This document shows positions 41,753-51,829 of a stretch of 64,000 bases of DNA, piece after piece. The notes below the pieces were generated by a model that was not told the origin of the DNA, ran no database searches, and worked only from the letters and a program-made list of their open reading frames with translations. Position 1 is the first letter of the stretch. The number at the start of each line of letters is the position of its first letter. This DNA is from Burkholderiales bacterium (GTDB lineage Bacteria > Pseudomonadota > Gammaproteobacteria > Burkholderiales > SG8-41): positions 12,306 through 76,305 of the forward strand of contig JALHRQ010000015.1 in NCBI GenBank assembly GCA_022841375.1, given 5' to 3'. Made by a program: the position numbers and the translations under genes.

Positions 41753-42661
41753 TCAGCAGTGCAACCGGTCGAGATCCTGATCCAGCATCGACAGCGGATC
41801 TTCCAGCGGTTCGAGATGTGTCAGCACATTGACGCGCGGCACCGCCTTGCGGATGTCCCTTTCGATGCGTTCGGCCCAGTCATGCCCTTCCTTGATCGTC
41901 CAGACTCCCGGCACCAGCACATGCAGTGAAACAAATGCGCGGCTGCCGGCCTGACGTGTGCGCAACGCGTGAAAATCCAGCCCTTGCTCGCGATACAACG
42001 TCAGCACGGCTTCAATGTCTGCGACTTTTTCGGCGGGCAGAGAGACGTCCATCAGACCTTCCGCAGATCGATGCATCAGTTGCCAGCCGGTCCAGACAAT
42101 GTTCAACGCAACCGCAATCGCAATCACCGGATCCAGCCACAACCAACCGGTCAGCCATACCAGTCCGACCCCCACCACCACTCCGGCTGACGTCCACACG
42201 TCGGTCATCAGATGGTGTGCGTCCGCCTCCAGAACAATCGAATGGTGTTCACGCCCGACTTTCAGCAATATTCGCGCGACCAGCAGATTGACGATGGAAG
42301 CCACGACCGACACGGCAAGGCCTACTCCAACAGATTCCAGCGGCTGCAGATTCCACAGACGGTCCACTGCCGCCCAGATAATGCTCATCGCCGCAAAAAC
42401 GATCAGCAGTCCTTCGAACGCACTGGAAAAATATTCGGCTTTGCTGTGACCATGCGCATGACGGTCGTCGGCCGGCGTTGCCGCCACCGTCAGAATCCAC
42501 AGCGCCATCATCGCCGCCGCCAGATTGACGAATGATTCAATGGCGTCAGACAGCAGACCGACCGAACCGGTCAGCCACCACGCGGTTCCCTTGAGCAAAA
42601 TGGTGGCAATCGCCGCGGCGATCGACAGCCAGGCATAACGGGTCAGCGACGGGGTCACCAT
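41753..42661 (-). CDS. cation diffusion facilitator (CDF) family metal efflux transporter
   Basis: 302 aa with six TM segments. Motifs [11 protein letters not shown] and [10 protein letters not shown], plus a cytoplasmic C-terminal domain. Confidence 0.88.
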   Translation of the reverse strand: MVTPSLTRYAWLSIAAAIATILLKGTAWWLTGSVGLLSDAIESFVNLAAAMMALWILTVAATPADDRHAHGHSKAEYFSSAFEGLLIVFAAMSIIWAAVDRLWNLQPLESVGVGLAVSVVASIVNLLVARILLKVGREHHSIVLEADAHHLMTDVWTSAGVVVGVGLVWLTGWLWLDPVIAIAVALNIVWTGWQLMHRSAEGLMDVSLPAEKVADIEAVLTLYREQGLDFHALRTRQAGSRAFVSLHVLVPGVWTIKEGHDWAERIERDIRKAVPRVNVLTHLEPLEDPLSMLDQDLDRLHC

Positions 42662-42713
42662 TGCAGGGTTACCGCATGATCACTAAAGTTATGCAAGCCA
42701 TTGTTTTTTATAA

Positions 42714-43136
42714 TTATTTTTTAAGATCGGCTGCCGCAGCCTTGGCCTGCGTGCGCACATCGAAGCGCTCGACATTGACGATGATGCGCTCATGGATGCC
42801 TTCGCCGATACGCTCGACCGCATCTTCAGCCCAAATCCTGAAAGTCAGCTTGCGACCTTCCACTTTGATCACTTCGGCATGGGCATGGACGCGCATGCCG
42901 ACGGGTGTTGCCGCGGTATGGCTGACATCGAGGCGCGTGCCCACGGTCTGATGCCCCTCAGGCAACAGCCCTTCGACGGCATTCAGCGCCGATTCTTCGA
43001 GCAACATCACCAGCACCGGCGTCGCCAGCACCTTGATGCGGCCGCTGCCGACATGCGGCGCGGTATCGCGGGTCCCTACCATGATTGCGGTGGAACCCGT
43101 CAGGCCGGTACGGATCGAATCGAGATTAATACTCAT
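42714..43136 (-). CDS. hotdog-fold thioesterase (fluoroacetyl-CoA-thioesterase-like)
   Basis: 140 aa. The pattern VGSGRIKVLATPVLVMLLEESA...GTRLDVSHTAATPVG resembles this family. Confidence 0.6.
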   Translation of the reverse strand: MSINLDSIRTGLTGSTAIMVGTRDTAPHVGSGRIKVLATPVLVMLLEESALNAVEGLLPEGHQTVGTRLDVSHTAATPVGMRVHAHAEVIKVEGRKLTFRIWAEDAVERIGEGIHERIIVNVERFDVRTQAKAAAADLKK

Positions 43137-43225
43137 CTGGCGCTTTCGTTGCGAATGGCGATGACGCGATGTTACATTGAATCACCATCTGTACGAATCA
43201 ACGCCTCAGGAGGAGAACGCAGATC

Positions 43226-44335
43226 ATGCGTCTGGGTTTTTTCACAATGCCGCTGCACCCGGCGCACCGGCCGCCCGCGATTACGCTGCAGGAGGATCGC
43301 GAGGCCATCATCCTTGCCGACCGCCTGGGTTTTTACGACGCCTTTGTCGGCGAACATCTCACCGAACCCTCGGAAAATGTAACCAACAGCTTCTTGTTCC
43401 TGGCGACGCTGATCCACCATACCCAGCACATCAAGCTCGCCACCGGCACCTCCAATCTGTCGCACTCGCACCCGACTCTGATTGCCGCTCACGCCGCGAT
43501 GTTCGATCACCTCGCCCAGGGCCGCTTCATTTTCGGTATCAGCCCCGGCGCACTGCCCTCGGATGCCGAGGCGCTGGGCATGCTCGGCGAAGACCGCAAC
43601 AAACTCTTTGCCGAAGCCATCGACGTCATCCTCGCCATCTGGGAACGCGATGCGCCGTATGACATCGACTTTCCCGGCAACCGCTTCAAGGTCACCACGG
43701 CAGTGACCCAGAATCCGGAAATCGGCCGCGGCGGCATGTACAAACCCTGGCAGCAGCCGCGCCCCGAAATCGTCGGCACCGTCGTCGCACCCGGTTCAAA
43801 GGGCGTGATTGCAATGGGTGAGCGCGACTTTCATCCCTTATCGGCCAATTTCCTGCTGTCGCAATATCTGGCTTCACACTGGACCAATTACGCCGAAGGC
43901 AAAAAACGTGTCGGCAAAACCGCCGACCCCGCCGACTGGCGCATTGCCCGCACCATTTTTGTTGCCGACGATGACCACACCGCGGAACGTTATGCGCTGC
44001 AGGACAGTGCCAGCCCGTACCGCCATTACTGGGAACTGCTGCTGAAGAAAATGCTGATCTCGAAACGCCACGCAATCTTCAAGACCCACCCTGAACAGGA
44101 TGACCGCGAACTCACCACCGACTACATGGTTGACCAGCTGGTGCTCTGCGGCACGCCGAACCGCGTGGCCGAAGAAATCCTCGCATTACGCGAGGAGGCC
44201 GGAGAGTTCGGCGAAATCGTCTACGCCGGCATGGACTGGGTGGATCCAGCGCTGGCGAAACGGTCGATGGAGTTGATGGCCGAGAAGGTAATGCCGCAGG
44301 TCAATCGCGCCATCGGGAAACAAACCGCGCCTTAA
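43226..44335 (+). CDS. LLM-class (luciferase-like) flavin-dependent oxidoreductase
   Basis: 369 aa. MRLGFFTMP...GFYDAFVGEHL...; TIM-barrel LLM signature region. Good Shine-Dalgarno (AGGAGG) upstream. Confidence 0.8.
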   Translation: MRLGFFTMPLHPAHRPPAITLQEDREAIILADRLGFYDAFVGEHLTEPSENVTNSFLFLATLIHHTQHIKLATGTSNLSHSHPTLIAAHAAMFDHLAQGRFIFGISPGALPSDAEALGMLGEDRNKLFAEAIDVILAIWERDAPYDIDFPGNRFKVTTAVTQNPEIGRGGMYKPWQQPRPEIVGTVVAPGSKGVIAMGERDFHPLSANFLLSQYLASHWTNYAEGKKRVGKTADPADWRIARTIFVADDDHTAERYALQDSASPYRHYWELLLKKMLISKRHAIFKTHPEQDDRELTTDYMVDQLVLCGTPNRVAEEILALREEAGEFGEIVYAGMDWVDPALAKRSMELMAEKVMPQVNRAIGKQTAP

Positions 44336-45075
44336 TCTCCCGGTTTTACGGAGGGCGGCTTGCCCTCCCAGTAACCCACTTCGCGCCCATAACAGGGCGG
44401 CGATGAAAACTCGGCTGCGGGATGACGCGACGACAGCAGCTTCGCCGCCAGTTCCGCGGCACGCTGCGGATCGGCAATCGGCTCCAGGCCCGCAGACGCA
44501 TTGTGATAAATGCAGCGCTCGGTCACGATGAAATCCAGCGGAATGTCATAGGTCTGCGGGTATATGGTTTCCAGCCGGGACAATTCATAAGCCACGCCGA
44601 TCTTCAACGGCTGTGGCGTAATCGTTGCGAGCGTACGGTCGAAATACCCGCCGCCATAACCCAGTCGGAAACCCCGCGCATCAAACCCCACCGGAGGAAT
44701 CAGCATCGCATCAGGCACCACGACACGGGTGCCTTCCGGCACCGGCAGATCGAAGACGCCCTTCGAGGTGGCCACACCGGGCCACCATTCGCGAAACTGC
44801 AGCGGTGCGCGTTTCTCGATGACTACCGGCAATGCGGCCACCGCACCGCCCTCACGGAAATGGCGTATTGCATAACGCGGATCGAATTCGCCCTGGAACG
44901 GCCAGTACAGGCTGACTGTCATCTGCCGCAGCATCGGAAAACCGGAAATAATGAGCGCGGTGATGATTTCGTTCCACTCGTGATGCTTTTCCCGGGCAAC
45001 CGCCGCACGTTTCCCCAGCAGTTCCGCCCGGATAATTTTGCGCCAGTGCTTGAGGTCTTGCGGAACAATCATCAC
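44332..45075 (-). CDS. 5-formyltetrahydrofolate cyclo-ligase with a ~50-aa C-terminal extension
   Basis: KIIRAELLGKR..., LYWPFQGEFD, GFDARGFRLGYGGGYFDR (5-FCL motifs). The stop overlaps the convergent LLM gene stop by 4 nt. Confidence 0.8.
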   Translation of the reverse strand: MMIVPQDLKHWRKIIRAELLGKRAAVAREKHHEWNEIITALIISGFPMLRQMTVSLYWPFQGEFDPRYAIRHFREGGAVAALPVVIEKRAPLQFREWWPGVATSKGVFDLPVPEGTRVVVPDAMLIPPVGFDARGFRLGYGGGYFDRTLATITPQPLKIGVAYELSRLETIYPQTYDIPLDFIVTERCIYHNASAGLEPIADPQRAAELAAKLLSSRHPAAEFSSPPCYGREVGYWEGKPPSVKPGD

Positions 45076-45183
45076 GAATCCAAATTTTCCTGGTTATTAT
45101 CCAGCAATAGAATAAGCAATAAGTGTATTACTAGCATTGTGTTTCACTGATCGGCAAATCGGTTTATATCGTATGGGCAGGAA

Positions 45184-47712
45184 TTAAGAGGGCCGGACCG
45201 CAGTGCCTCGGACCAGCGGCAATTCGAAATAAAACGTTGAGCCCTGCCCCTCGACCGAATCAAAACCAATCTCGCCGTTCATGTGCTCGATCAGCGCCTT
45301 GCTGATGGCAAGCCCCAGTCCGGTGCCGCCCTTGCGCCGGGTATTGGAATTATCCGAACGCTCGAACCGCTGGAAGATCTGTCCGCGGAACTTCTCCGGA
45401 ATGCCGGGACCGTGGTCGCGCACATTAACCCTGACCGCATCGCCGCGCGCTTCCGCGCTGACCTCGACTACAGCCTGCGCTGGTGAAAACTTGGCGGCAT
45501 TGGAAATCAGGTTGGTCAGTACCTGCATCAATCGGCCGGAATCGGCCGCTACATCAAAATCATCGCCCGGCAACAAACTCAGCCTGACGTTGTGCAGTTC
45601 GGCATACGGCATGTTGATGTGCACCGCCTTCTCCAGCAATTCCCGCAGGTGTTGCGGCCTCAGGTCTATCGTCATCTGGCCTGAACCGATCTTCTCGATA
45701 TCCAGCACATCATTAATCAAGGAGGCGAGGCGCTCGCTGTTCTGCGAAGCCATGTCGATGAACCCTGCAACCTCGGGATCCAGGTTCTCTGCGGTCTCCC
45801 GGATCAGACTCAGCGAGCCGATGATCGCTGTCAGCGGTGTGCGCAGTTCGTGACTGACCGTGGCAATAAACTCGTTTTTCACACGTTCGATTTCCTTGCC
45901 GGCCGTGATGTCCGAGTTGGTGCCAACCAGCCGCAATGCCTTGCCCTCGGCATCGCGCTCGGTCACCTTGGCCCGACTCAGGATCCAGCGCCACTCGCCG
46001 TGCAAATTGCGCACACGGTGCTGCACCTCGTAAAACCGGGAATGCCCCTTGAGCACCTTGTCCAGACTCTCCTGCAACCGCGGCATGTCATCGCGATGCA
46101 CGATGGCATTCAGCGCCTTGACCGTAGTGACCGTTTCGACCTTGTCACCGCCCATGATCAGATTCCATTGCTCGCTCAGACGCACTTCGCCGGAACGGAT
46201 ATCCCAGTCAAACAACGCCAAGTTTGATCCATCCAGTGCCATGCCAAGGCGCTCTCGCCCCTTCATAAGGGCTTCAGTGGCGCGCCTGCTCTCGGTTACA
46301 TCCTCGACATTACCGACAAAACCGGTAATCTGGTTCTCCTCGCGAATCGCTGCGGCCCCAGCAGTCACCCAGATCACCGTACCGGCAGAATGCAGGAATC
46401 GGTAGGTAACCGTCATTTCGGATGCCCCTCCTGCGACTGCGGCAAGCCAGGCTTCGCGAACGCGATTCCGGTCATCAGGATGCACTGCGGCGAGCCAGCC
46501 ATCACCGACAGCTACTGCTGCGGAGAGCCCCGATAACGACTCATAACGCCGATTAACATATCTGTAACCGCCTTCGTTATCGGCACGAAAAATACCCAAC
46601 GGGGAAGCATCGTTCATCGCCTGCCATTCAGCCTCGCGGTGACGCACCTCAGTGGTCATTTTTCTAGCCAGGCTTACAGCGCGGCTGCGCGTGGACCAAA
46701 GGGACCAGAGCACCGCAAGCAGCATCAACTGAATGGCAAAACCACTGACCAATATCAACCGCGGTTTGTCGCTGCTCACGGTGGCCTCAAACTGCGGCGT
46801 CGAAGTCATGGATAAGGTCCACGGCACACCATTAATCAGAACTTGCATGGAACTGGAAAAACGCGGAGGCCCTGAAGACGCATCGGCCAGCATGGTCCGG
46901 TACAACAGCGCCTCCTCGGCCATACTCGTGCCGTCATAAACGGCGACGTCGATCTGCCACTCGTCGCCTAAGATCCGGCTGATCAGATTGCCGGCGCGGA
47001 ATGCGGCATAAACAACGCCCTGCGCCGCAATGACACGTTCGTCGCTGGTTCCGATTGCAGCGCCGCGACGATAGATCGGCATATACATGAGAAATCCGGA
47101 CTGCATATTCCGGTCCGTCTCCTGCACCAACGTGACCTTGCCCGTTAGGAAAGCCCGCCCGGACACAATGGCTTCCCGGATCGCAGAACTACGCACCGCA
47201 TCCGAATTCATGTCGAAACCGATGGCGCGGGCATTACGCTCGCTGGGCGGTTCAAGAAAATAAATGGGGTAGTATTCAGCGCTGTCTCTAGAAGGACGCA
47301 TCTCGTAAGAGGGGCCGATTTTCCGCTTGGCAACCGATTCAAACTGACCTTTCTGCCCGCTGGATACTTTCGGCGCATAGCCAATGCCCTGGATGCCGGG
47401 GTAGTACGACTCGATTTTCAGGCTCGTGTAGTAGCTGTTCCATTCCCCCTTTTCCACTGACTCCGAAGCTGCAAACAGCCCTGCCGCTCCACGCAGTACC
47501 TGCTCGTAATCAAGCATCCGGCCGCTGATTGCATTACGAATCTCGTTCGCATGGAAATTGAACCGTGTTCTGGCCTCTTGCTCGACATCAGCAATTGCAC
47601 TTTGCCAACTGACTATTACCAGCGCCGCCGGCAAAACAAGCGCGACCAAGACAACAAGGCCGTTAAGCAAAGGTTCTGGTAGTTCGATTCGTTCGAATCC
47701 AGCCTGCTTCAT
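45184..47712 (-). CDS. sensor histidine kinase: TM-CHASE-TM, two PAS domains, HisKA, HATPase_c (no receiver)
   Basis: 842 aa. CHASE-like periplasmic region ([25 protein letters not shown]...TGKVTLVQE), H-box SHELRTPL, G-boxes DHGPGIP and [10 protein letters not shown]. Confidence 0.9.
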   Translation of the reverse strand: MKQAGFERIELPEPLLNGLVVLVALVLPAALVIVSWQSAIADVEQEARTRFNFHANEIRNAISGRMLDYEQVLRGAAGLFAASESVEKGEWNSYYTSLKIESYYPGIQGIGYAPKVSSGQKGQFESVAKRKIGPSYEMRPSRDSAEYYPIYFLEPPSERNARAIGFDMNSDAVRSSAIREAIVSGRAFLTGKVTLVQETDRNMQSGFLMYMPIYRRGAAIGTSDERVIAAQGVVYAAFRAGNLISRILGDEWQIDVAVYDGTSMAEEALLYRTMLADASSGPPRFSSSMQVLINGVPWTLSMTSTPQFEATVSSDKPRLILVSGFAIQLMLLAVLWSLWSTRSRAVSLARKMTTEVRHREAEWQAMNDASPLGIFRADNEGGYRYVNRRYESLSGLSAAVAVGDGWLAAVHPDDRNRVREAWLAAVAGGASEMTVTYRFLHSAGTVIWVTAGAAAIREENQITGFVGNVEDVTESRRATEALMKGRERLGMALDGSNLALFDWDIRSGEVRLSEQWNLIMGGDKVETVTTVKALNAIVHRDDMPRLQESLDKVLKGHSRFYEVQHRVRNLHGEWRWILSRAKVTERDAEGKALRLVGTNSDITAGKEIERVKNEFIATVSHELRTPLTAIIGSLSLIRETAENLDPEVAGFIDMASQNSERLASLINDVLDIEKIGSGQMTIDLRPQHLRELLEKAVHINMPYAELHNVRLSLLPGDDFDVAADSGRLMQVLTNLISNAAKFSPAQAVVEVSAEARGDAVRVNVRDHGPGIPEKFRGQIFQRFERSDNSNTRRKGGTGLGLAISKALIEHMNGEIGFDSVEGQGSTFYFELPLVRGTAVRPS

Positions 47713-49145
47713 CGCTCGACTCCTTTACCGAGTCCGCCAGGACCGCTCTGCCAACTCGCGCTGCGTGTCATCTCGCCCCAGCGTGCCTTCGAACGAAACA
47801 TCCACAGCAGCAATCCCCACAGACGCCAGGCCGAATTAAGCTGGCGGTAACCAATGTTTTCAAGCACCACGACAAGCACCAGCACGGCGATCTGGTGCGG
47901 TTTCGGGTAAATATGGAAGGAAAGTTCCTCGAGCAGCAGTGAACTGACCGACAATACCAGTCCGAAACTGAAGACCACCAGCATGAAAGTCAAGAACGCA
48001 TCCAGCGCCATCAGCCCGGAAGCAAAAGCCATGATCATAAACACATAACCCGCCACCTCGATCAGCGGTCCCAGCCATTCAAACACCGCCATGAACGGAA
48101 AAGCCAGCCAGCCAACTGCACCGCCGCGGCGATGAAACAGCAGGCTGATATTCATGGTCAGGCTCTCCGAAAGGCCGCGCTGCCAGCGCACCCGCTGATT
48201 CTTCAGCACACGCAGTGTCTCCGGCGCCTCCGTCCAACACACCGGATCGGGCACAAAAACGATGCGGTAGGGAATATTGCGGGTGCGATGCAGGCGATGC
48301 AGCCTGACAATGAGTTCCATATCCTCGCCCATGGTGTCGGTTCGGTATCCGCCGGCCTCGACCACGACATCCTTGCGGAAAACCCCGAATGCGCCGGAAA
48401 TGATCAGCACCGCATTCAGCGGCGTCCACCCCAGCCGGCCGAACAGGAAAGCGCGCAGATACTCGACAATCTGCAGCAGCGCCAGTGGATTACGCGGCAA
48501 ACCGACACGGGTCAGAAAGCCGCTGTCGACCGTGCAGCCGTTGGCAATCCGTACCGTGCCACCGGAAGCAATGGTGCGCGGATCCTCCAGGAAGGGTTCC
48601 ACCACCCTGCGCAGGCTGACGCGCTCCAGCACCGAATCCGCATCCACACCGCAAAACAGCGGGTAACGCGCAGCATTGATGCCGGCATTCAGTGCATCGG
48701 CTTTGCCGCCGTTGTCCTTGTCGATGACGCGGAGCGATGGATACGTTTTCGAACGATAGATTCCGCGCACTGGCTTCACCGCAAGCCGCTGCCAATAGGC
48801 TTCCGGAAACAGCTCCAGGCTGAATTCGCGGCGCAACGCATCCATCGTGCCGTCCTTCGAACCGTCGTTGATGACGATCACCTCGTACTCGGGATAATCC
48901 AGTTGCAGCATCGAACGCACCGAGCTGGCGATCGTCGCCTCTTCGTTATAGGCAGGCACCAGCACCGACACCGGGAGCTCAAATCCCGAGATGCCCCGCG
49001 GCATGTCGTCCAGGCTGTGTGCCTCGACATAACGCTTCAGGCCACCCAGCGACAGCAGGTTCAGCATCAAGTAACCCATGTTGACGCCGATGAAATAAAG
49101 TATGAAAAACCACTGTGCTCCGACGATCCAGTCACTGACGCTCAT
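47709..49145 (-). CDS. membrane-embedded processive family-2 glycosyltransferase (PgaC/BcsA/NodC-like synthase)
   Basis: 478 aa with TM helices at both ends. Motifs VPAYNEE, NDGSKD, GKADALN, GVDADS, GEDMEL, QRVRWQRG (QxxRW). Confidence 0.88.
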   Translation of the reverse strand: MSVSDWIVGAQWFFILYFIGVNMGYLMLNLLSLGGLKRYVEAHSLDDMPRGISGFELPVSVLVPAYNEEATIASSVRSMLQLDYPEYEVIVINDGSKDGTMDALRREFSLELFPEAYWQRLAVKPVRGIYRSKTYPSLRVIDKDNGGKADALNAGINAARYPLFCGVDADSVLERVSLRRVVEPFLEDPRTIASGGTVRIANGCTVDSGFLTRVGLPRNPLALLQIVEYLRAFLFGRLGWTPLNAVLIISGAFGVFRKDVVVEAGGYRTDTMGEDMELIVRLHRLHRTRNIPYRIVFVPDPVCWTEAPETLRVLKNQRVRWQRGLSESLTMNISLLFHRRGGAVGWLAFPFMAVFEWLGPLIEVAGYVFMIMAFASGLMALDAFLTFMLVVFSFGLVLSVSSLLLEELSFHIYPKPHQIAVLVLVVVLENIGYRQLNSAWRLWGLLLWMFRSKARWGEMTRSASWQSGPGGLGKGVER

Positions 49146-50230
49146 GTCGCACGAGCCTCCGCAATCGCCTGGGTCAGGATATCGGCTGCGTAGGGGTCAT
49201 CCAGCGTGCCGCGAATCTTCTCCAGATCCTCGATGCGGGTCCCCGGCAGCGCCAGCAGCGCCCGCGCCGCGCGGTAACGCACCCACCAGTGCCCGTCGCT
49301 GAGTTTATCGAGCAGCAGCGGCCGGTCAGTGGCATCGCCGGTCCTGCCCAGCACCCGAATTGCATTCGCCCGCACAAACCACGCTTCGTGCCCGGTACGG
49401 GCACGCACGATATCCAGATCACGGGGATCCTGTACCAGGCGCAATGCCGAGGCGATCAATTCGGGATCCTGCACCTCCCGCGCAATCCGCCCGGCGACCG
49501 CTGCCACGCGTTCGGTGTGCGCCACTTCCATCATGCGCAGCAGTCGCGCCACCTGGCGTTCCCCGCCCTCGGCGCGCACCGCGGCTTCTGCCGCGGAAAT
49601 CAGCAGCAGCGTGACCCGGTCGGGACCGGCGTCTTTGAGCATGCTCGCCACCCGGGACAGCGGCCAGTCTTCCCGGGCCGCCATGACCGTGACCAGCCAG
49701 GGCAATGTCGAGGAGGCATCAATATCGAGCAGCGCGCGGGCGGCGACCATGGACAACATCGGCGACGGGTCGGCCACCAGCGCCCGCAGTTCATGCCATT
49801 GCGTGCGGTCGCCCAGATGACCGAGTGTCATCACCGCGATGAGACGTTCGCGCAAATCCCCCGTCTTCATCATTTCGCGGGCGACGTCCTCGAGATGCAT
49901 GGCTCCAGCCAGCGCCTCCAGATTGGCCCGCGTATTGCCGACCAGTGATTCGTGGTGAAAATTCCAGATCTTGAGAAAATGGTAGCGCAGATTCTCCGGT
50001 ACCTTCGGTAAAGTAACCGGCACTCCAAACACACATTCAGCGAGCAGCGGCTGCCATTGGGCTTCATGTATGCGTTCGCGACGCCGCCGGATCAACATAC
50101 GGATGCGCAGCATGAACACGGCGACCAGCATCAGCAGCGCGCAGGTGATTGCAGCGATGCCAATCAGGAAAACCGCATTGAGCAGCGGATCCTGCGGCAA
50201 CCAGATCTCCAGCATGCCAGGCTCAGGCAC
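49142..50230 (-). CDS. membrane-anchored HEAT-repeat protein
   Basis: One N-terminal TM helix (LLNAVFLIGIAAITCALLMLVAVFML) then repeated HEAT/PBS-lyase-like units (e.g. WFVRANAIRVLGRTGD, WWVRYRAARALLAL). GTG start at 50230, or ATG at 50215. Confidence 0.75.
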   Translation of the reverse strand: MPEPGMLEIWLPQDPLLNAVFLIGIAAITCALLMLVAVFMLRIRMLIRRRRERIHEAQWQPLLAECVFGVPVTLPKVPENLRYHFLKIWNFHHESLVGNTRANLEALAGAMHLEDVAREMMKTGDLRERLIAVMTLGHLGDRTQWHELRALVADPSPMLSMVAARALLDIDASSTLPWLVTVMAAREDWPLSRVASMLKDAGPDRVTLLLISAAEAAVRAEGGERQVARLLRMMEVAHTERVAAVAGRIAREVQDPELIASALRLVQDPRDLDIVRARTGHEAWFVRANAIRVLGRTGDATDRPLLLDKLSDGHWWVRYRAARALLALPGTRIEDLEKIRGTLDDPYAADILTQAIAEARAT

Positions 50231-50270
50231 CGGGCACCGGGGATAAACTGTGATCCACGCGCAAAGGCGG

Positions 50271-51104
50271 TCAGAAACTGCGACGAAGGCCGAGCTGCAG
50301 ACCCTGCCGGCGATAAAGGGTGCCCTGTTCGTGCTGGATCAAGTCGTAGGTCATTGCCCACGAAGGGGTAAACCAGTGCTGGCCGCTGACCGACCAGCTC
50401 TGCACATCTGTAGCAACCACGCCACGGGGCGGACCGACATTTTCGACCTCGCGGCCGTTGGTATAAGACATGCCCACGTTACTGCGATCATCGTAGTAAT
50501 AACTCAGTTGCAGCCGGTGACTGGACGCCGAAGAAGCACCTTCGGGACGCCCGGAATACAGCGTATAGGCGCCACGGAAATTACCCCAGTAACGCTCGGC
50601 CAGCACCGACGCCACATTGCTCGCGGTCGAGGTGTATTCGCTGTGTCGAAGCCCCAGGCCGAGACCCCATCCGCCCTTGAAACTTTTCTGCAGGAAGCCG
50701 TAAACCGAACCTTGCGCCAGCACTTCATGAGTTGGACTATAGCTACCCTCGACAACTGCGTTCCAGGTCTCCCCCAGCGGGAAATAAAGGCCCGCATGCG
50801 CCTCGCTGTCCTTCAGGTTAAAGCGCTCTGTTGCACGCAGTCCGCCGTAAACCGTGTTGCGGTCTCCCAGTTTGCGGCTGCCGAGCAGATAGGTGTTGGT
50901 CCAGTCGGAAAAATTATTGGTCAGCGACTCGCGGCCATAGCCAAACTCCAGCGCATTTACCGGCAACCGCAAACCCGTTGCCGCACTTTGAGGCCGCAGA
51001 GTGGCCACATCGTCCGACGACGGCTGTGCACCGGCGTTCAGCGCGGCCAGCAACACAAACGCAGCGCCCAAAAACGGCCATCCTTTGGCGACAGTCTTCT
51101 TCAT
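50271..51104 (-). CDS. small outer-membrane beta-barrel protein (YaiO-family-like)
   Basis: 277 aa with a signal peptide (...LAALNAGAQP), alternating beta-strand pattern and a C-terminal ...GLRRSF. Family assignment is by resemblance only. Confidence 0.6.
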   Translation of the reverse strand: MKKTVAKGWPFLGAAFVLLAALNAGAQPSSDDVATLRPQSAATGLRLPVNALEFGYGRESLTNNFSDWTNTYLLGSRKLGDRNTVYGGLRATERFNLKDSEAHAGLYFPLGETWNAVVEGSYSPTHEVLAQGSVYGFLQKSFKGGWGLGLGLRHSEYTSTASNVASVLAERYWGNFRGAYTLYSGRPEGASSASSHRLQLSYYYDDRSNVGMSYTNGREVENVGPPRGVVATDVQSWSVSGQHWFTPSWAMTYDLIQHEQGTLYRRQGLQLGLRRSF

Positions 51105-51520
51105 TTGACTTCCTTCACCAGACGCTTGACCCGGGAACGCAGTTCATCCGGCTTGAACGGCTTGACCATGTAATCCGCCGCCCCCGAGTCAAGGGCGCGG
51201 ACGATGTCCTTTTCCTGCGACTTGGCAGTCAGCATCAGCACCGGCACGTTTTCCCAGCCATCCTTGGCACGAATCGTCGCCAGCAGTTGATAGCCATCCA
51301 CAAACGGCAGCATCACATCCAGCAAAACCAGCGCCGGCGGCGCGCCATGCGCGATCAGATCCTGCGCCACACGGCCGTCACTGGCCAGTTCAACCTTGAA
51401 GCCCTCGCGCTCAAGGATAAACCGCAGCAAATAGGCAATCTGGTCGTCGTCTTCAACGACGAGCGCAATTCTCGGATTTGGGCCTGTCACTGGGCTCTCG
51501 GTTTTGCATGTTGTTGACAA
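51101..51520 (-). CDS. single-domain response regulator (CheY-like receiver only)
   Basis: VVEDDD, phospho-acceptor LLDVMLP, MLTA, VKPF. No output domain. Start ambiguous (TTG 51520 or GTG 51490). Confidence 0.88.
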   Translation of the reverse strand: MSTTCKTESPVTGPNPRIALVVEDDDQIAYLLRFILEREGFKVELASDGRVAQDLIAHGAPPALVLLDVMLPFVDGYQLLATIRAKDGWENVPVLMLTAKSQEKDIVRALDSGAADYMVKPFKPDELRSRVKRLVKEVK

Positions 51521-51583
51521 CGGGGTAACAGCGTGCCCCGTTTTGCAAATATGATACTACTTTAACCCCTTGCTGAGCTTCCT

Positions 51584-51829
51584 TTGCTGCACTGGTGGAC
51601 GGCGCGCGACCAGATCATCTGGAAAATAGAACGCGCAGGCACCCGGCGCAAACTGCTGCAGGAATCACCGCAAACGATCAGTGACCTGACGCTGCAGTTG
51701 CCGAAAGACCGGTTGATCAATACCAATCCCGAAAATGTCACTTCCATTGCCGCGCCACAGTCCTTGTTGATCAAAAAAACCAGCGGCAGCCTGCTGCTGG
51801 AATTTGAAACCGCCGGAACAACGCCTTGA
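51584..51829 (+). CDS. possible small protein (81 aa), unknown function, TTG start
   Basis: Strong G/C bias at third codon positions by eye. Its TGA overlaps the TTG start of the next ORF (cTTGAtt). No ATG/GTG start and no clear Shine-Dalgarno, so this call is uncertain. Confidence 0.3.
   Translation: MLHWWTARDQIIWKIERAGTRRKLLQESPQTISDLTLQLPKDRLINTNPENVTSIAAPQSLLIKKTSGSLLLEFETAGTTP

Noticed and set aside
45076-45183. 6S RNA (ssrS) upstream of the 5-formyltetrahydrofolate cyclo-ligase gene, a linkage known from E. coli and many proteobacteria.
   Set aside because: Only 108 nt are available before the kinase stop codon. That stretch is AT-rich with no long closing stem or central-bubble architecture. 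A covariance-model scan would settle it, but by eye it is not 6S.
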